From NCBI GenBank assembly GCA_041640595.1, contig JBEPZY010000003.1, forward strand, positions 32,001-96,000: a DNA stretch of 64,000 bases, read 5' to 3'. Of the stretch, positions 9,776 through 19,448 are shown one piece after another. This stretch comes from Gemmatales bacterium. Lineage in GTDB: Bacteria; Planctomycetota; Planctomycetia; Gemmatales; HRBIN36. Position numbers and translations under genes: made by a program. Each line of letters opens with the position of its first letter. Position 1 is the stretch's first letter. The notes below the pieces were generated by a model that did not search any database, was not told the DNA's origin, and was given only the letters and a program-made list of their open reading frames with translations.

Positions 9776-11011
9776 TCAGGCCGCCCGACTAATCTCGACA
9801 CGACTGGTTAATAAATGCACCGCTGCGGTCAGGCTGTGCAGTGTTTTATTGAGCGTATCGGCCTGAGCCAGGCTTTGCAGGCACTGATGCAAACTCGCCT
9901 GTAATCGCAGCATCCGTTCCTCACCCGCTAAGCATTCCGCCGCTTGCTGCTGAGCTTGAGCCAGTTGATTTGATAAGCTGACCAGGGAACGTGTAACTTC
10001 TTGCAGCCGAGCTATCAGAGGTTTATAGGAGTCAAGCAGTTCCCGATGCCGTGCTTGCCATTCCTGGTGCCAGCGTTGTTCGGTCTCGTGAAACATTAGC
10101 CGCCAGCGGTCGAGTTCCGTACTGATGTGATCACACGCTTGCCGTATATGTGCCTGCCATTGCTCAGCAAAAGCCTGCTGCCAGAATTGCAAGTGTTTAT
10201 GATAACACTGCTCGAACAGGGCTACCAGGTCCTGCTCACGAACCAGCTTGGTCGAATGATTTTTCTGGTGGTAAATATCAAGAGCGGTTCGCAGCAGGTT
10301 GGCTAACGATCTCAGCAGAAGGTCGTCGCGACGCTGGCAGAGAAACAGCAGTAACATGAGTGCCAGAGAGTAAACCAGTGCGACAGCGGTGGTATCGAAG
10401 GCGACAGCTAGACCGGCAGTAACCCCAGAAATAGAGTTGGTTATCTCTTCCGGCTGGACGCTGCCAATCGCTTGCGTAATACCGATCACCGTGCCTAAAA
10501 ATCCCAGGATAGGTATTGCCCAGATAAAGTAGCGAATCAAGGTATATTCACTATCCCTGAGCTGGGCGTTTTCTTCATCCCACTGGGAAAGTTCGTGGCT
10601 CAGCGAGTCGGGATCGCGGTTGAGTCGTTCACAGAATTGCTGCCAGCGTTGCGAGACCAGACTCCTGCTTTCCAGCTCTCCGCATGCTGGTGAAAATCTA
10701 GTATCGCGGTCCTGCTGATTTGGCGCATGGGCGTTCAAACTGAGCTGGAGACGACGCAGATGCCGAAATTCCCATTGCTGACGCACGAGGTAACTGCATA
10801 GGGCGGAGGCAGCCCAGAAAAAGAGGAAAGTTTCCGCATATTCAATGGGGTGACCTGCTGTATAGCGAGAGAACAGAGCGGTATAGTCCGGCCAGGCCGC
10901 CAGGGTTAGATACCAGGTCACCGTAAGCACGGATGTCAGAGTCAGAATCCACGCGTGGAATTTCCAGTTCTGAAAAGGCGATAGTGGTGGAGACGTTGGC
11001 TTGCTGGCCAT
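9776..11011 (-). CDS. MotA/TolQ/ExbB proton-channel family protein with long C-terminal coiled-coil tail
   Basis: Signature WAIPILGFLGTVIGITQAIG...GLAVAFDTTAVAL, N-terminal TMs, and a helical Q/E/L-rich tail of ~180 aa. Confidence 0.88.
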   Translation of the reverse strand: MASKPTSPPLSPFQNWKFHAWILTLTSVLTVTWYLTLAAWPDYTALFSRYTAGHPIEYAETFLFFWAASALCSYLVRQQWEFRHLRRLQLSLNAHAPNQQDRDTRFSPACGELESRSLVSQRWQQFCERLNRDPDSLSHELSQWDEENAQLRDSEYTLIRYFIWAIPILGFLGTVIGITQAIGSVQPEEITNSISGVTAGLAVAFDTTAVALVYSLALMLLLFLCQRRDDLLLRSLANLLRTALDIYHQKNHSTKLVREQDLVALFEQCYHKHLQFWQQAFAEQWQAHIRQACDHISTELDRWRLMFHETEQRWHQEWQARHRELLDSYKPLIARLQEVTRSLVSLSNQLAQAQQQAAECLAGEERMLRLQASLHQCLQSLAQADTLNKTLHSLTAAVHLLTSRVEISRAA

Positions 11012-11436
11012 GTGTTGGGCCTCTGCATGTTCGTTGATTGGACTGTTTCTTCGATAACATCGGCAGAAATGATAGGCTCGGTAAAATCAAATCCGGGGGA
11101 GAGCGTATAAGCGAGGGAAACTGGCTAAGTTTGTTTATCTAAGCTCGCTTAGCAGAACCGCTATATTTCGGATTGCAGGTGAGCACGGCGTGAATGTTCG
11201 TAATTTTTACAAGCCAGGCTTGTGTCGTTGGGAAGCCTATACAGAACGGGCAGCGTTGATCCGATGGCTCTCTAGGCCGGGTTGGCAAACCGGTCTAGGA
11301 TCGCTCGCATAAGTAGCGCTGCCATCGCTGGTTAAAAAGTTGGTCGCGGAATTTGCCAGTCGTTACTTCATCGGGCATCATACTTGCAGCGAGACAACTG
11401 GCTGTCACAGCGAACCTCACTCACGAAGGAGAAGCT

Positions 11437-11673
11437 ATGGCTTATCTTCCGAAACGCATTGCCTGGCGAGTCAGTTACATTTGGCCGTGCGGGAGCTGCA
11501 TGCTGGGGAGTGACAACCCGCCGCTGGCTGACCAGGGTTATGGAACCAGCTGGCAGCGCGCTTATTTAGAGCGCCATTATCGAGTCCTGGCTCAAACCCT
11601 GCGCCAGGCTGCCGAGTGGCTCGTTTTCAGCTATAGTGTTAGCAAGAGGCCAACCACGAAGTCCGAGGATTGA
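11437..11673 (+). CDS. Small hypothetical protein upstream of nadE
   Basis: ATG 11437 has a good AAGGAG RBS. 78 aa, ends 20 bp before the nadE start. No recognisable family. Confidence 0.35.
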   Translation: MAYLPKRIAWRVSYIWPCGSCMLGSDNPPLADQGYGTSWQRAYLERHYRVLAQTLRQAAEWLVFSYSVSKRPTTKSED

Positions 11674-11693
11674 ACATCGGCGGGAGCCAGAGG

Positions 11694-13721
11694 ATGCCCG
11701 TTCATGGGTTTGTTCGCGTCGCCGCTGCTGTCCCTCGAGCGCAGGTCGGCGATTGCCAGGCCAATTTGCAAGAACTGCTGCGCCTCCTCGAGCAGGCCAC
11801 TAAGCAAGAGGTGGAGTTAATCGTATTCCCGGAGCTGGCGATTACCGGTTATACCTGCGGCGATTTATTTCACAATCATACACTGCTGCGAGCAGCCGAG
11901 GAGGCAGTGGCACAACTCGCGCAGCGCTCGGCTCAGCTATTCCCCGGCTTGATTACGGTAGGCGTGCCGATCCCGGCCGAGGGTGACTTATATAACTGTG
12001 TGCTCGTCCTGCATCGCGGGCGAATCCTGGGTGCCATTCCTAAGTCTTATTTGCCTACTTATAAGGAGTTCTACGAACACCGCTGGTTTGCTCCGGCAAC
12101 GCAAGCGCGACTTAGCGAAATTCAATATGCCGGCCAGAAGGTGCCCTTTGGGACGGACTTAATTTTCCGTTGCCAGGAATTCCCACAGTGGCAAACAGCG
12201 GTGGAAATTTGCGAAGATTTATGGGTTCCGGTGCCGCCCAGCAGTTACGCAGCTCTCGCCGGGGCCACGGTATTAGTCAATGCCTCGGCTTCGAATGAGG
12301 TCATCGGCAAGGCCGCCTGGCGTCGTACCCTGGTAGCGAGTCAATCGGGGCGATGCATTGCCGGCTATATTTACGCTTCCTGCGGTCATGGGGAATCCAC
12401 GACCGATGTGGTTTACGGCGGGCATTGCCTGATTGCCGAAAATGGCGTGCTCTTAGCGGAGAGCAGGCGGTTTCAGAGCGACGGCAGTCTGATTGTTACC
12501 GATCTAGATGTCGAACGGCTGATATTAGAGCGACAGCGAACAAACAGTTTCGGCTTTGGGAAAGCAGCGTCCGGCACGGAGCAGCGGTGGCGCTACCTGG
12601 ATTTTGCACTCGAGCTCCCGCAGCGTTGGCGGAAACTAATGCGTCGAGTGGACGCTCATCCATTCGTGCCTCAAGAAACAGCCGAATTAGCGGAGCGTTG
12701 CCAGGAAATTTTCCAGATCCAGGTAAGCGGTTTAGCTAAGCGACTGGAAAGCATCGGTAAGCCGCCCATGGTCATCGGCGTTTCTGGTGGTTTAGATTCT
12801 ACCTTGGCTCTCTTAGTATGCTGCCGTACTGCGGATCGTTTAGGTTTGCCGCGCTCCCATGTGCATGCCTATACGCTGCCGGGTTTCGGTACCACGCGAC
12901 GGACACTGCAAAACGCACTGACCCTAATGAAAGAATTAGGCGTGCAGGGACGGTGTATAGACATTCGTGCCACCTGTTTTGAGGAAATGAAAGCGCTGGG
13001 GCATCGGCCGTTCGGAATTTCACTGGAAGATAAGACATTAGACCAGTTCCTGCAGGAACTCCGGCAATTGCTCCGGGAGCGACGGCAAGACTTAGTGTTT
13101 GAGAATGTGCAGGCGCGGATGCGGATGAATTTGCTTATGAATGCTGGCTTTGTAGTCGGCACCGGTGACCTATCGGAGCTGGCATTGGGTTGGTGTACTT
13201 ATGGCGGCGATCAAATCAGCATGTATAATCCCAATGTTAGCATCCCCAAAACATTAGTGCGTTTCCTGGTGCGCTGGGTGGCTGAACATGAGTTTGAAGG
13301 GGAAACTCGCCGGGTCTTACTTGATATCGTCGCCACTACTATTTCCCCGGAATTATTGCCTGCGGGGGAAGAAGAAACGCCGTTGCAGGCGACGGAAGAG
13401 GTAATCGGGCCGTATGAGTTGCATGATTTCTTTCTCTATTATTTCCTGCGTTTCGGCTTCGGACCGGCTAAGATTTTTTACCTATCGCGGCATGCACGGT
13501 TTGATCGAGCATATAGCGATGAGGAAGTGCTGCGGTGGCTGGGAGTGTTCTTGCAACGGTTTTTCGCGCAGCAATATAAACGTTCCTGTTTGCCCGATGG
13601 GCCGAAAGTCGGAACGGTAAGTCTGTCGCCGCGTGGCGATTGGCGGATGCCCAGCGATGCTCGGGTAGCTGCCTGGCTGGCCGAATGGCAAAACATTTCT
13701 TCTGGCCAGGAAAATTTATAA
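11694..13721 (+). CDS. nadE: Glutamine-dependent NAD+ synthetase
   Basis: N-terminal CN-hydrolase triad (FPEL, PKSYLP, EICED), PP-loop GVSGGLDS, ENVQAR, GTGDLSE, and C-terminal QYKRSCLPDGPKVG...SPRGDWRMPSD. Confidence 0.96.
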   Translation: MPVHGFVRVAAAVPRAQVGDCQANLQELLRLLEQATKQEVELIVFPELAITGYTCGDLFHNHTLLRAAEEAVAQLAQRSAQLFPGLITVGVPIPAEGDLYNCVLVLHRGRILGAIPKSYLPTYKEFYEHRWFAPATQARLSEIQYAGQKVPFGTDLIFRCQEFPQWQTAVEICEDLWVPVPPSSYAALAGATVLVNASASNEVIGKAAWRRTLVASQSGRCIAGYIYASCGHGESTTDVVYGGHCLIAENGVLLAESRRFQSDGSLIVTDLDVERLILERQRTNSFGFGKAASGTEQRWRYLDFALELPQRWRKLMRRVDAHPFVPQETAELAERCQEIFQIQVSGLAKRLESIGKPPMVIGVSGGLDSTLALLVCCRTADRLGLPRSHVHAYTLPGFGTTRRTLQNALTLMKELGVQGRCIDIRATCFEEMKALGHRPFGISLEDKTLDQFLQELRQLLRERRQDLVFENVQARMRMNLLMNAGFVVGTGDLSELALGWCTYGGDQISMYNPNVSIPKTLVRFLVRWVAEHEFEGETRRVLLDIVATTISPELLPAGEEETPLQATEEVIGPYELHDFFLYYFLRFGFGPAKIFYLSRHARFDRAYSDEEVLRWLGVFLQRFFAQQYKRSCLPDGPKVGTVSLSPRGDWRMPSDARVAAWLAEWQNISSGQENL

Positions 13722-13796
13722 CGTCGTGAGCGGCCGTTGTAACCCGCCGACTTATAGGTGTTGTTCCGAGCACTATATCTCAAGCGGCTGATCAGC

Positions 13797-15083
13797 TTAG
13801 AAGCGGAAAGCCACACCGGCGGTGAAACCATCGAAGCGTAACAGAGTGCCGCGGTAAGGTGGATTGAGGCTGCCCAGATCGAAATCCACGGGCTCCATAG
13901 CGCGGCGAACGTTGAAGAAACCGGTGAACTCATAGCCGACGCGCACCGCGATAAAGTCGGCAGGATACCACCATAGATACAAGCCCAATCCGAACATGGG
14001 GGAGAAATTCGCATCAATATGCTTGCTGCGGAGCGAAAAACCACCGCTGGACGCCTCAACGCGGGCATAAAAGTCGTCGTAAAACAGACCCCCGCGGAGC
14101 TCACCATTGATGGCCAGACCGTATCCCAGATACAGCTCGCCACCGTAACCAGCCTGGAGGCCGAACAGGTTGTTGGTCCAGGCATTGCGATACTGTCCCG
14201 AAACCACTGAGCCGCCGTCTATGGATAAATCCTCTACTCGGAGCTCGAAGCGTTCAAAAGCCCGCAGGTACCGGCCTCCGAGAGTGGCATAAGTGCGAAT
14301 CACATCCACCAGGGTAAGTGGGAAGCGGAGGTTGAGCTCGTAGTTGAGGAATTCCTGCTTGAAGCGAATCTGGAAAAGCTCGGCACCGTTGAAGATACCG
14401 TAGGCGGGAACAGCATTGCCGGTTTGAATCTCGTCGGGAACGTCGGGATTGGTGCGATGGATGACCAGGATTTGCTGCACGTCGTTAGCCGGCCCGACGA
14501 AGTCAATCGGCACGTTGAAAAACGGTGCATACAGGAAGGTCCTGCTGAAAAAGTCCCCCTGCTGCAAATTAGGCGGGAGGATGGTTGCCGTAGCGGTGCG
14601 GACATGCTCGGGCAGATGCCAGAATACTCCTTCGATGGCCACGTCGTTGGGGAAGCGGTAACCGATTGTCAATCGCAAGCCGGGACGCATATCGTCATGG
14701 CGAACAGCGTCGGAGCGCAGGGCCACTTCGTTGGAACCGAGAATACGTCCGGGAACACCTTGCGGCGGAATTAAGACAATATCGTCAGCCGGTGCACCAT
14801 CGGTCCCGTTCTGATCCACCGTCATCTCGGCAAAAATGTTACCGGCAGTGTCAATCAGACCGCGGCGGACGAGTACCTGCGATTTGATGCTGGAATTGAC
14901 CCGGTAAGCGAGGGCTTCGCCGGCCACGTAAATGCCATCTTGACGGGCCGGACCGAGCGGCACGGGGGAGGGCGTAAAGGGGTCTAAGGTTCCAGGACCG
15001 AGGATCTGAGCATGCAGACAGATCGGCCACAAAGCGCCGAGTGCGATCGTCCATCCCAGCAGCCGTGCCGCCATCCGCTTCAT
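13797..15083 (-). CDS. Planctomycete outer-membrane beta-barrel protein (BBP7-like)
   Basis: Signal peptide, amphipathic beta-strands (PGLRLTIGY, NNLFGLQAG, IAVRVGYEF) and a C-terminal aromatic Bam signal (GFTAGVAFRF). Confidence 0.75.
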   Translation of the reverse strand: MKRMAARLLGWTIALGALWPICLHAQILGPGTLDPFTPSPVPLGPARQDGIYVAGEALAYRVNSSIKSQVLVRRGLIDTAGNIFAEMTVDQNGTDGAPADDIVLIPPQGVPGRILGSNEVALRSDAVRHDDMRPGLRLTIGYRFPNDVAIEGVFWHLPEHVRTATATILPPNLQQGDFFSRTFLYAPFFNVPIDFVGPANDVQQILVIHRTNPDVPDEIQTGNAVPAYGIFNGAELFQIRFKQEFLNYELNLRFPLTLVDVIRTYATLGGRYLRAFERFELRVEDLSIDGGSVVSGQYRNAWTNNLFGLQAGYGGELYLGYGLAINGELRGGLFYDDFYARVEASSGGFSLRSKHIDANFSPMFGLGLYLWWYPADFIAVRVGYEFTGFFNVRRAMEPVDFDLGSLNPPYRGTLLRFDGFTAGVAFRF

Positions 15084-15271
15084 AGAAATCTCCCAATCCG
15101 TTCTGCCAGGTCGCTGGCGTGGCGCGCTGGCCCCTGGCCAGTCGAAAACGATGCCTGCAATGGAATCGGCATTACATTCCCTAAACTTGAAAGAAACGTT
15201 ACCCTGCGTTTTCCTGACAAAACCGGCAAAGCTGGCCAGGTTTGCGCAGATTGAGGAATGCTGGCGGCTGG

Positions 15272-16255
15272 CTACGGGGCGCTTTCCGGACTGGCCAGGA
15301 TATTCAGAACGGTGTCCAGTTCGACCGCGGCAGCGACGGCTGCTTCCATTTGCTGCTGCCTGGCTCGCTCCTGGATGGCCCGACAGTCCAGGGCTTCGGG
15401 TAGTTCCACCTCAAACAACCGTGCCTGGTGTTCGATCTCGGTCGCACAGTGCAGGACCAGTTCCACAAACCCATCGGTGTCCAGCTGGAAATGTTCCCAC
15501 AGACGCTCGCGGAGCTTGCCCAGATTGGGGGAATGAGATTGCCAGAGTACCTCCGTGGTCAGATGGGCCAGATAAACCAGCCGGGCCAGTAACGAGGCGG
15601 TTTCTTCGTAATCGTGATGGTAGAGAGTTGCCAGCACCAGGGCGCTCGGAAACTCCCAGCGCTCCAGCAAACGGGCCCCCAGGGCGGCGTGAGAAAATCC
15701 CAGTTCGCAGCGTTCGGCTTCGACCAATTCCGGGCCATGCCGATGCTGGCGAAACTGAACGATGTAGGCCTCTCCAAATGCCTGCGCGAGCACAAGAATG
15801 CCCAGATCGGCCAGTAGTCCGGCGGAGTAAGCCGAATCCTGAGCGACGGCTCCCCGGCTCAGTTTGGCCAGTTGCGAAGCCACCACCGCCAGGCTGAGAG
15901 CCTGTTTCCAGTATTCCGAGCAAAGCTCCCGTGCCGGGCCGCGCGTCATCGTTTCCACCAGGCAGAAAGTCATGGCTACCAGACGTAACGACCGCTGGCC
16001 GAGAAACGACACCGCCTGTCGCAAACTGGTTACCCGCGTTCCCAAACCGTAATGGGCGGAGTTGACGATGCGCAAAACCCGTGCCGCCAGGGCGGGATCA
16101 CTTTCCAGGCATTCCACTACCGCCGACACGGGGAAATACAGGTCGCGGGTCAACTCAAGAATCCGCTGAGCCACCTGAGGGGCAGTGTGCAGTTGGGCCA
16201 CCCGATCCAGAACCGCATCCATGGCGGCCACATCATCCGGTGCGTAGGCGATCAT
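15272..16255 (-). CDS. HDOD domain signalling protein
   Basis: DPALAARVLRIVNSAHYG, AVSFLG, AGLLADLG, HAALGARLLERWEFP and YHH motifs. Confidence 0.9.
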   Translation of the reverse strand: MIAYAPDDVAAMDAVLDRVAQLHTAPQVAQRILELTRDLYFPVSAVVECLESDPALAARVLRIVNSAHYGLGTRVTSLRQAVSFLGQRSLRLVAMTFCLVETMTRGPARELCSEYWKQALSLAVVASQLAKLSRGAVAQDSAYSAGLLADLGILVLAQAFGEAYIVQFRQHRHGPELVEAERCELGFSHAALGARLLERWEFPSALVLATLYHHDYEETASLLARLVYLAHLTTEVLWQSHSPNLGKLRERLWEHFQLDTDGFVELVLHCATEIEHQARLFEVELPEALDCRAIQERARQQQMEAAVAAAVELDTVLNILASPESAP

Positions 16256-16792
16256 GCACCACCTCAGTGATTTTCGGACACGACCGACTTTGCCTGACCG
16301 GAACAGTTCCCGCTCCCGTAGATTGCTGCTCCGTCGCCATCAGGCTGGTGATGTTCCGGACCGCAGGCTGTGCCGGTCGGCGGAAAAATTGCCGTGCTCG
16401 TAAATCCAGCCCGGCCATTCGGACCTTGCCGATCGCGCTGCCTCATTGTGCAACCTTCTTCCACACGGCCACCATCAGCTACGCAAGTTTAGAACGGGAT
16501 ACAGGCAAAAGCAAATCGGGAAGCCGCAGCATTCTGCGTTACACAAAACCGCCTGTACGGGGAGCGGGTGTCGCAAACGTTGCTGGGCGGCCGTCATTCC
16601 GCGCTACGCAAGAATGGCGAGGCAATTCGGCGCCTCCTGCCACCCGCCAGAGACGACGAAGTGCTGATCCCGGCGCTGGTGATTTGGCGGCGCTAGCGTG
16701 ATTGCAAAGATAATGGGTTGCTGATACCGATAGAACGCTCGGTTAGATAAACCGGCCGGTGGTTCGCCGGCATATCTGGATCGCCGGCCGAC

Positions 16793-17182
16793 TCACAGCA
16801 GGTGAGAAAGTTTGACCTGTGCGAGTTTGCGGCGGACTTCGTCGGTAGCGGCCTGGAATGCCTGAGCGAGTTTCTTTTCCAGTGGGTCGTGTCCGTCACC
16901 GAGAAACGTCGTTTGCCCACGCAGGGGTCCTTCGATGGCTTCGACAATTTCCAGCAACGTGATCTGACTGGCCGGACGAGCCAGCCGATAACCCCCGCGT
17001 GGCCCCTTGATGGAGAGCAAAAGTCCGGCACTCACCAGCGGTTTGAGCACTTTCAGCAGGAACCTTTCCGGGATGTCGTGTGCCTGGGCAATCTGGTGCG
17101 AAGCCAGTGCCGATTCCGCTTTTTGCTGAGCGATGTACACCAGGGCGTAAATCGCATAAGCGGTCGCGCGTGTGATTCTCAT
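16793..17182 (-). CDS. Rrf2-family transcriptional regulator (no Fe-S cysteines)
   Basis: MRITRATAYA...IAQAHDIPERFLLKVL...SIKGPRGGYRLARPASQITLLEIVEAIEG. Start at ATG 17182 with a GGAGG RBS. Confidence 0.9.
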   Translation of the reverse strand: MRITRATAYAIYALVYIAQQKAESALASHQIAQAHDIPERFLLKVLKPLVSAGLLLSIKGPRGGYRLARPASQITLLEIVEAIEGPLRGQTTFLGDGHDPLEKKLAQAFQAATDEVRRKLAQVKLSHLL

Positions 17183-17671
17183 GACTGTGGCCTCCAACCA
17201 GGTGTCGGACCTGGTAGCCTCCTGTCTGATTCGCTGCTTCCACTAACCGCTGCGCCTGTCGTATCTGGAGGGCAGGCGTTTCCTTCACCGCTATTTTCGT
17301 GCAGGGTGCGGTTCGTAGCGTGCCAGCACGGTAAGGCTGTCCTCTTTATCGTATCCGTTCGCAATCCAGCAAGGACTGTCCGTGCGCCAAAACGGTCTCT
17401 TATCGCATCCACTTAGTCTGAAAATAGTCAAACGCGGTGGCTCTGGCAAGGGGCGGCAAGCAAATGCAACCAGTTTGCCGCGGAAACGCATCGTTGCCAG
17501 GCAGCGGTTGTCCAGCGTACGCGGTCGAAAGCCGTTGCCTCGGGCTATCGGGACGTGGGCAGCGAAACGATTCGGGGAAGATCGGGTGGGGCGATCTTTT
17601 CGAGAGCGGCCTGGACGTTTATGATGGCAGCACGGTCGGTACGATGCCACCAAGCATTCGGAGAGCAGGCC

Positions 17672-18748
17672 ATGATGCCGCTGGAATCGTTACGTGCATG
17701 TGGAAGCAAAATCTGGCTCGATTCGGTGGACCCCGAAGCCATCGCCCGGCAGCTTCCCTGGGGCATTACCGGAGCCACCTCCAATCCCCTGATCGTCGCC
17801 GAACTGATCCAGACCGGTCGGTTCGACACAGCGCTGGAATCGTTGCTGGAGCGGGTCAGGGAAGATGAAACCGTGGCCTGGCAATTGACCGACCAGCTGG
17901 TCAGCCAGGCAGAGCAAGTTTTTCTCCCCATCTGGGAGCGCACGGGCGGGGAAGATGGTTACGTCAGCTTCGAACTGGATCCCTTGCCGGAGGCGGAAAA
18001 CTGGCCAACGGTCGAACCTGCCCGGGTCGAACGCTATGTGAGCGAAGCCGTGCACTGGAGCCGGAACCATCCGAACCGATTGATCAAAGTCCCGGCAACA
18101 CCGAGCGGACTGCAAGCTTTGCCGGAAATTGTCGCCCGCGGTGTGAACGTCAATGTTACGCTGATTTTCACGGCCCGGCAGTACACCCAGGCACAGCAAG
18201 CCGTTTGGCGCGGCGCCCAGGGGCGTCCCCATTTGCGGTCTTTCAAGTCGGTTTATAGCATCTTCGTCAGCCGGCTCGATGTGTATGCGGATAAATTCCT
18301 CGCTCACCTCGATTTCGAGACCCGAGGTCAGCTGGGCATCCTCAACGCCAAACGTATCTGGCAGCTCCATCGGGCCTGCTGGCGAGAACGTCCGACACCG
18401 CTGGCGCAGGAAATCGTCTTTGCCAGTACCGGAACCAAACGACCCGGCGAGAAACCCTGGAAATACCTGGAAGCGTTTGCCGGCGGGGACATTCTTACCA
18501 ATCCGCCGACCACGCACGAGCAAACCCAATCTGCCGGCATTACCTTCACTCGCCGCATCGAGGAACTGCCGCCCGACCCGGTCGTGGCTGCCCTGGATAA
18601 GCATGTGGATTACGAGCATCTCGAAGCTACCTTGCTGGCCGAGGGCGTGGAAAAATTTGTGCGACCGCAGCGGCAATTGTTGGACTTGATCGCCAGTCGC
18701 CGGCTTGGCATAAAGAGCGGCGCTGCACCGGCCGGTTCACTCCGCTGA
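17672..18748 (+). CDS. tal: Transaldolase
   Basis: IWLDS, GATSNP, VSFE, IKVPAT (Schiff-base Lys), VNVNVTLIF, SIFVSR and ASTGTK motifs. Start ATG 17672 follows GGAGAG. Confidence 0.9.
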   Translation: MMPLESLRACGSKIWLDSVDPEAIARQLPWGITGATSNPLIVAELIQTGRFDTALESLLERVREDETVAWQLTDQLVSQAEQVFLPIWERTGGEDGYVSFELDPLPEAENWPTVEPARVERYVSEAVHWSRNHPNRLIKVPATPSGLQALPEIVARGVNVNVTLIFTARQYTQAQQAVWRGAQGRPHLRSFKSVYSIFVSRLDVYADKFLAHLDFETRGQLGILNAKRIWQLHRACWRERPTPLAQEIVFASTGTKRPGEKPWKYLEAFAGGDILTNPPTTHEQTQSAGITFTRRIEELPPDPVVAALDKHVDYEHLEATLLAEGVEKFVRPQRQLLDLIASRRLGIKSGAAPAGSLR

Positions 18749-18845
18749 GAATTCCGCCGCAGTCGCTCCCGGTTACCTTGGGGGCAAGGCCTGACGCAGC
18801 CGGTCGGGCATTTCCGCCCAACGGGACAGGTGGTCGAGGCGAACC

Positions 18846-19448
18846 ATGCCGCAGCGGTGCGCTCTATTCGTCGATCGCGACGGTGTGCTGATCGAAGACG
18901 CCGGGTTCATTTCCTCACCGCAACAGGTGCAGCTTTTGCCGGGCGTAGCCGAGGCACTGGCACGGGTCAATCGGTGTGGCGTGCCGGTCATTGTCATCAC
19001 CAATCAGTCGGGCATCGCGCGAGGTCTGCTGAGCGAAAAGGAATTGCAGGCCATTCATGCCCGATTGGACGAATTGCTTGCGATTTCCGGGGCGCGGGTG
19101 GACTGTTACTATTACTGTCCGCATCATCCGGAATTGGGCGAGGGAGAATATCGGCAACGGTGCGGGTGTCGCAAGCCGCAACCAGGCATGTTGCTGCAAG
19201 CGGCGAGAGAATTCGCGCTGGATCTCAGCCATTCGTTTTTCATCGGAGACCGGCTCAGTGACCTTCAGGCCGGGGCTGCTGCCGGGTGTCAAACCATCCT
19301 GGTACGCACCGGTTTGGGGCAACGCTGGCCGGAACCGTTGCCTGCTAGCTCGCTGCGTCTGGCCCTGATTGCGGAGAACCTGAGTCAGGCGGTGGATTTT
19401 TGCCTTCCCTATCTTCTGCATCGGCACTGGCAGTTGCAGGCGGCTTAG
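18846..19448 (+). CDS. gmhB: D-glycero-D-manno-heptose 1,7-bisphosphate phosphatase (HAD IIIA)
   Basis: FVDRDGVL, ITNQSGIARG, CPHHP...CGCRKPQPGML and IGDRLSD motifs. Confidence 0.88.
   Translation: MPQRCALFVDRDGVLIEDAGFISSPQQVQLLPGVAEALARVNRCGVPVIVITNQSGIARGLLSEKELQAIHARLDELLAISGARVDCYYYCPHHPELGEGEYRQRCGCRKPQPGMLLQAAREFALDLSHSFFIGDRLSDLQAGAAAGCQTILVRTGLGQRWPEPLPASSLRLALIAENLSQAVDFCLPYLLHRHWQLQAA

Noticed and set aside
7012..11011. Calling the MotA-like operon a Zorya defence system
   Set aside because: No OmpA-like peptidoglycan-binding ZorB domain was recognised and no ZorC/D/E effector genes are adjacent. Only the architectural resemblance is kept.
11100..11430. NAD+ riboswitch upstream of nadE
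   Set aside because: One hairpin is visible, but I cannot match the conserved core of any known NAD riboswitch class.
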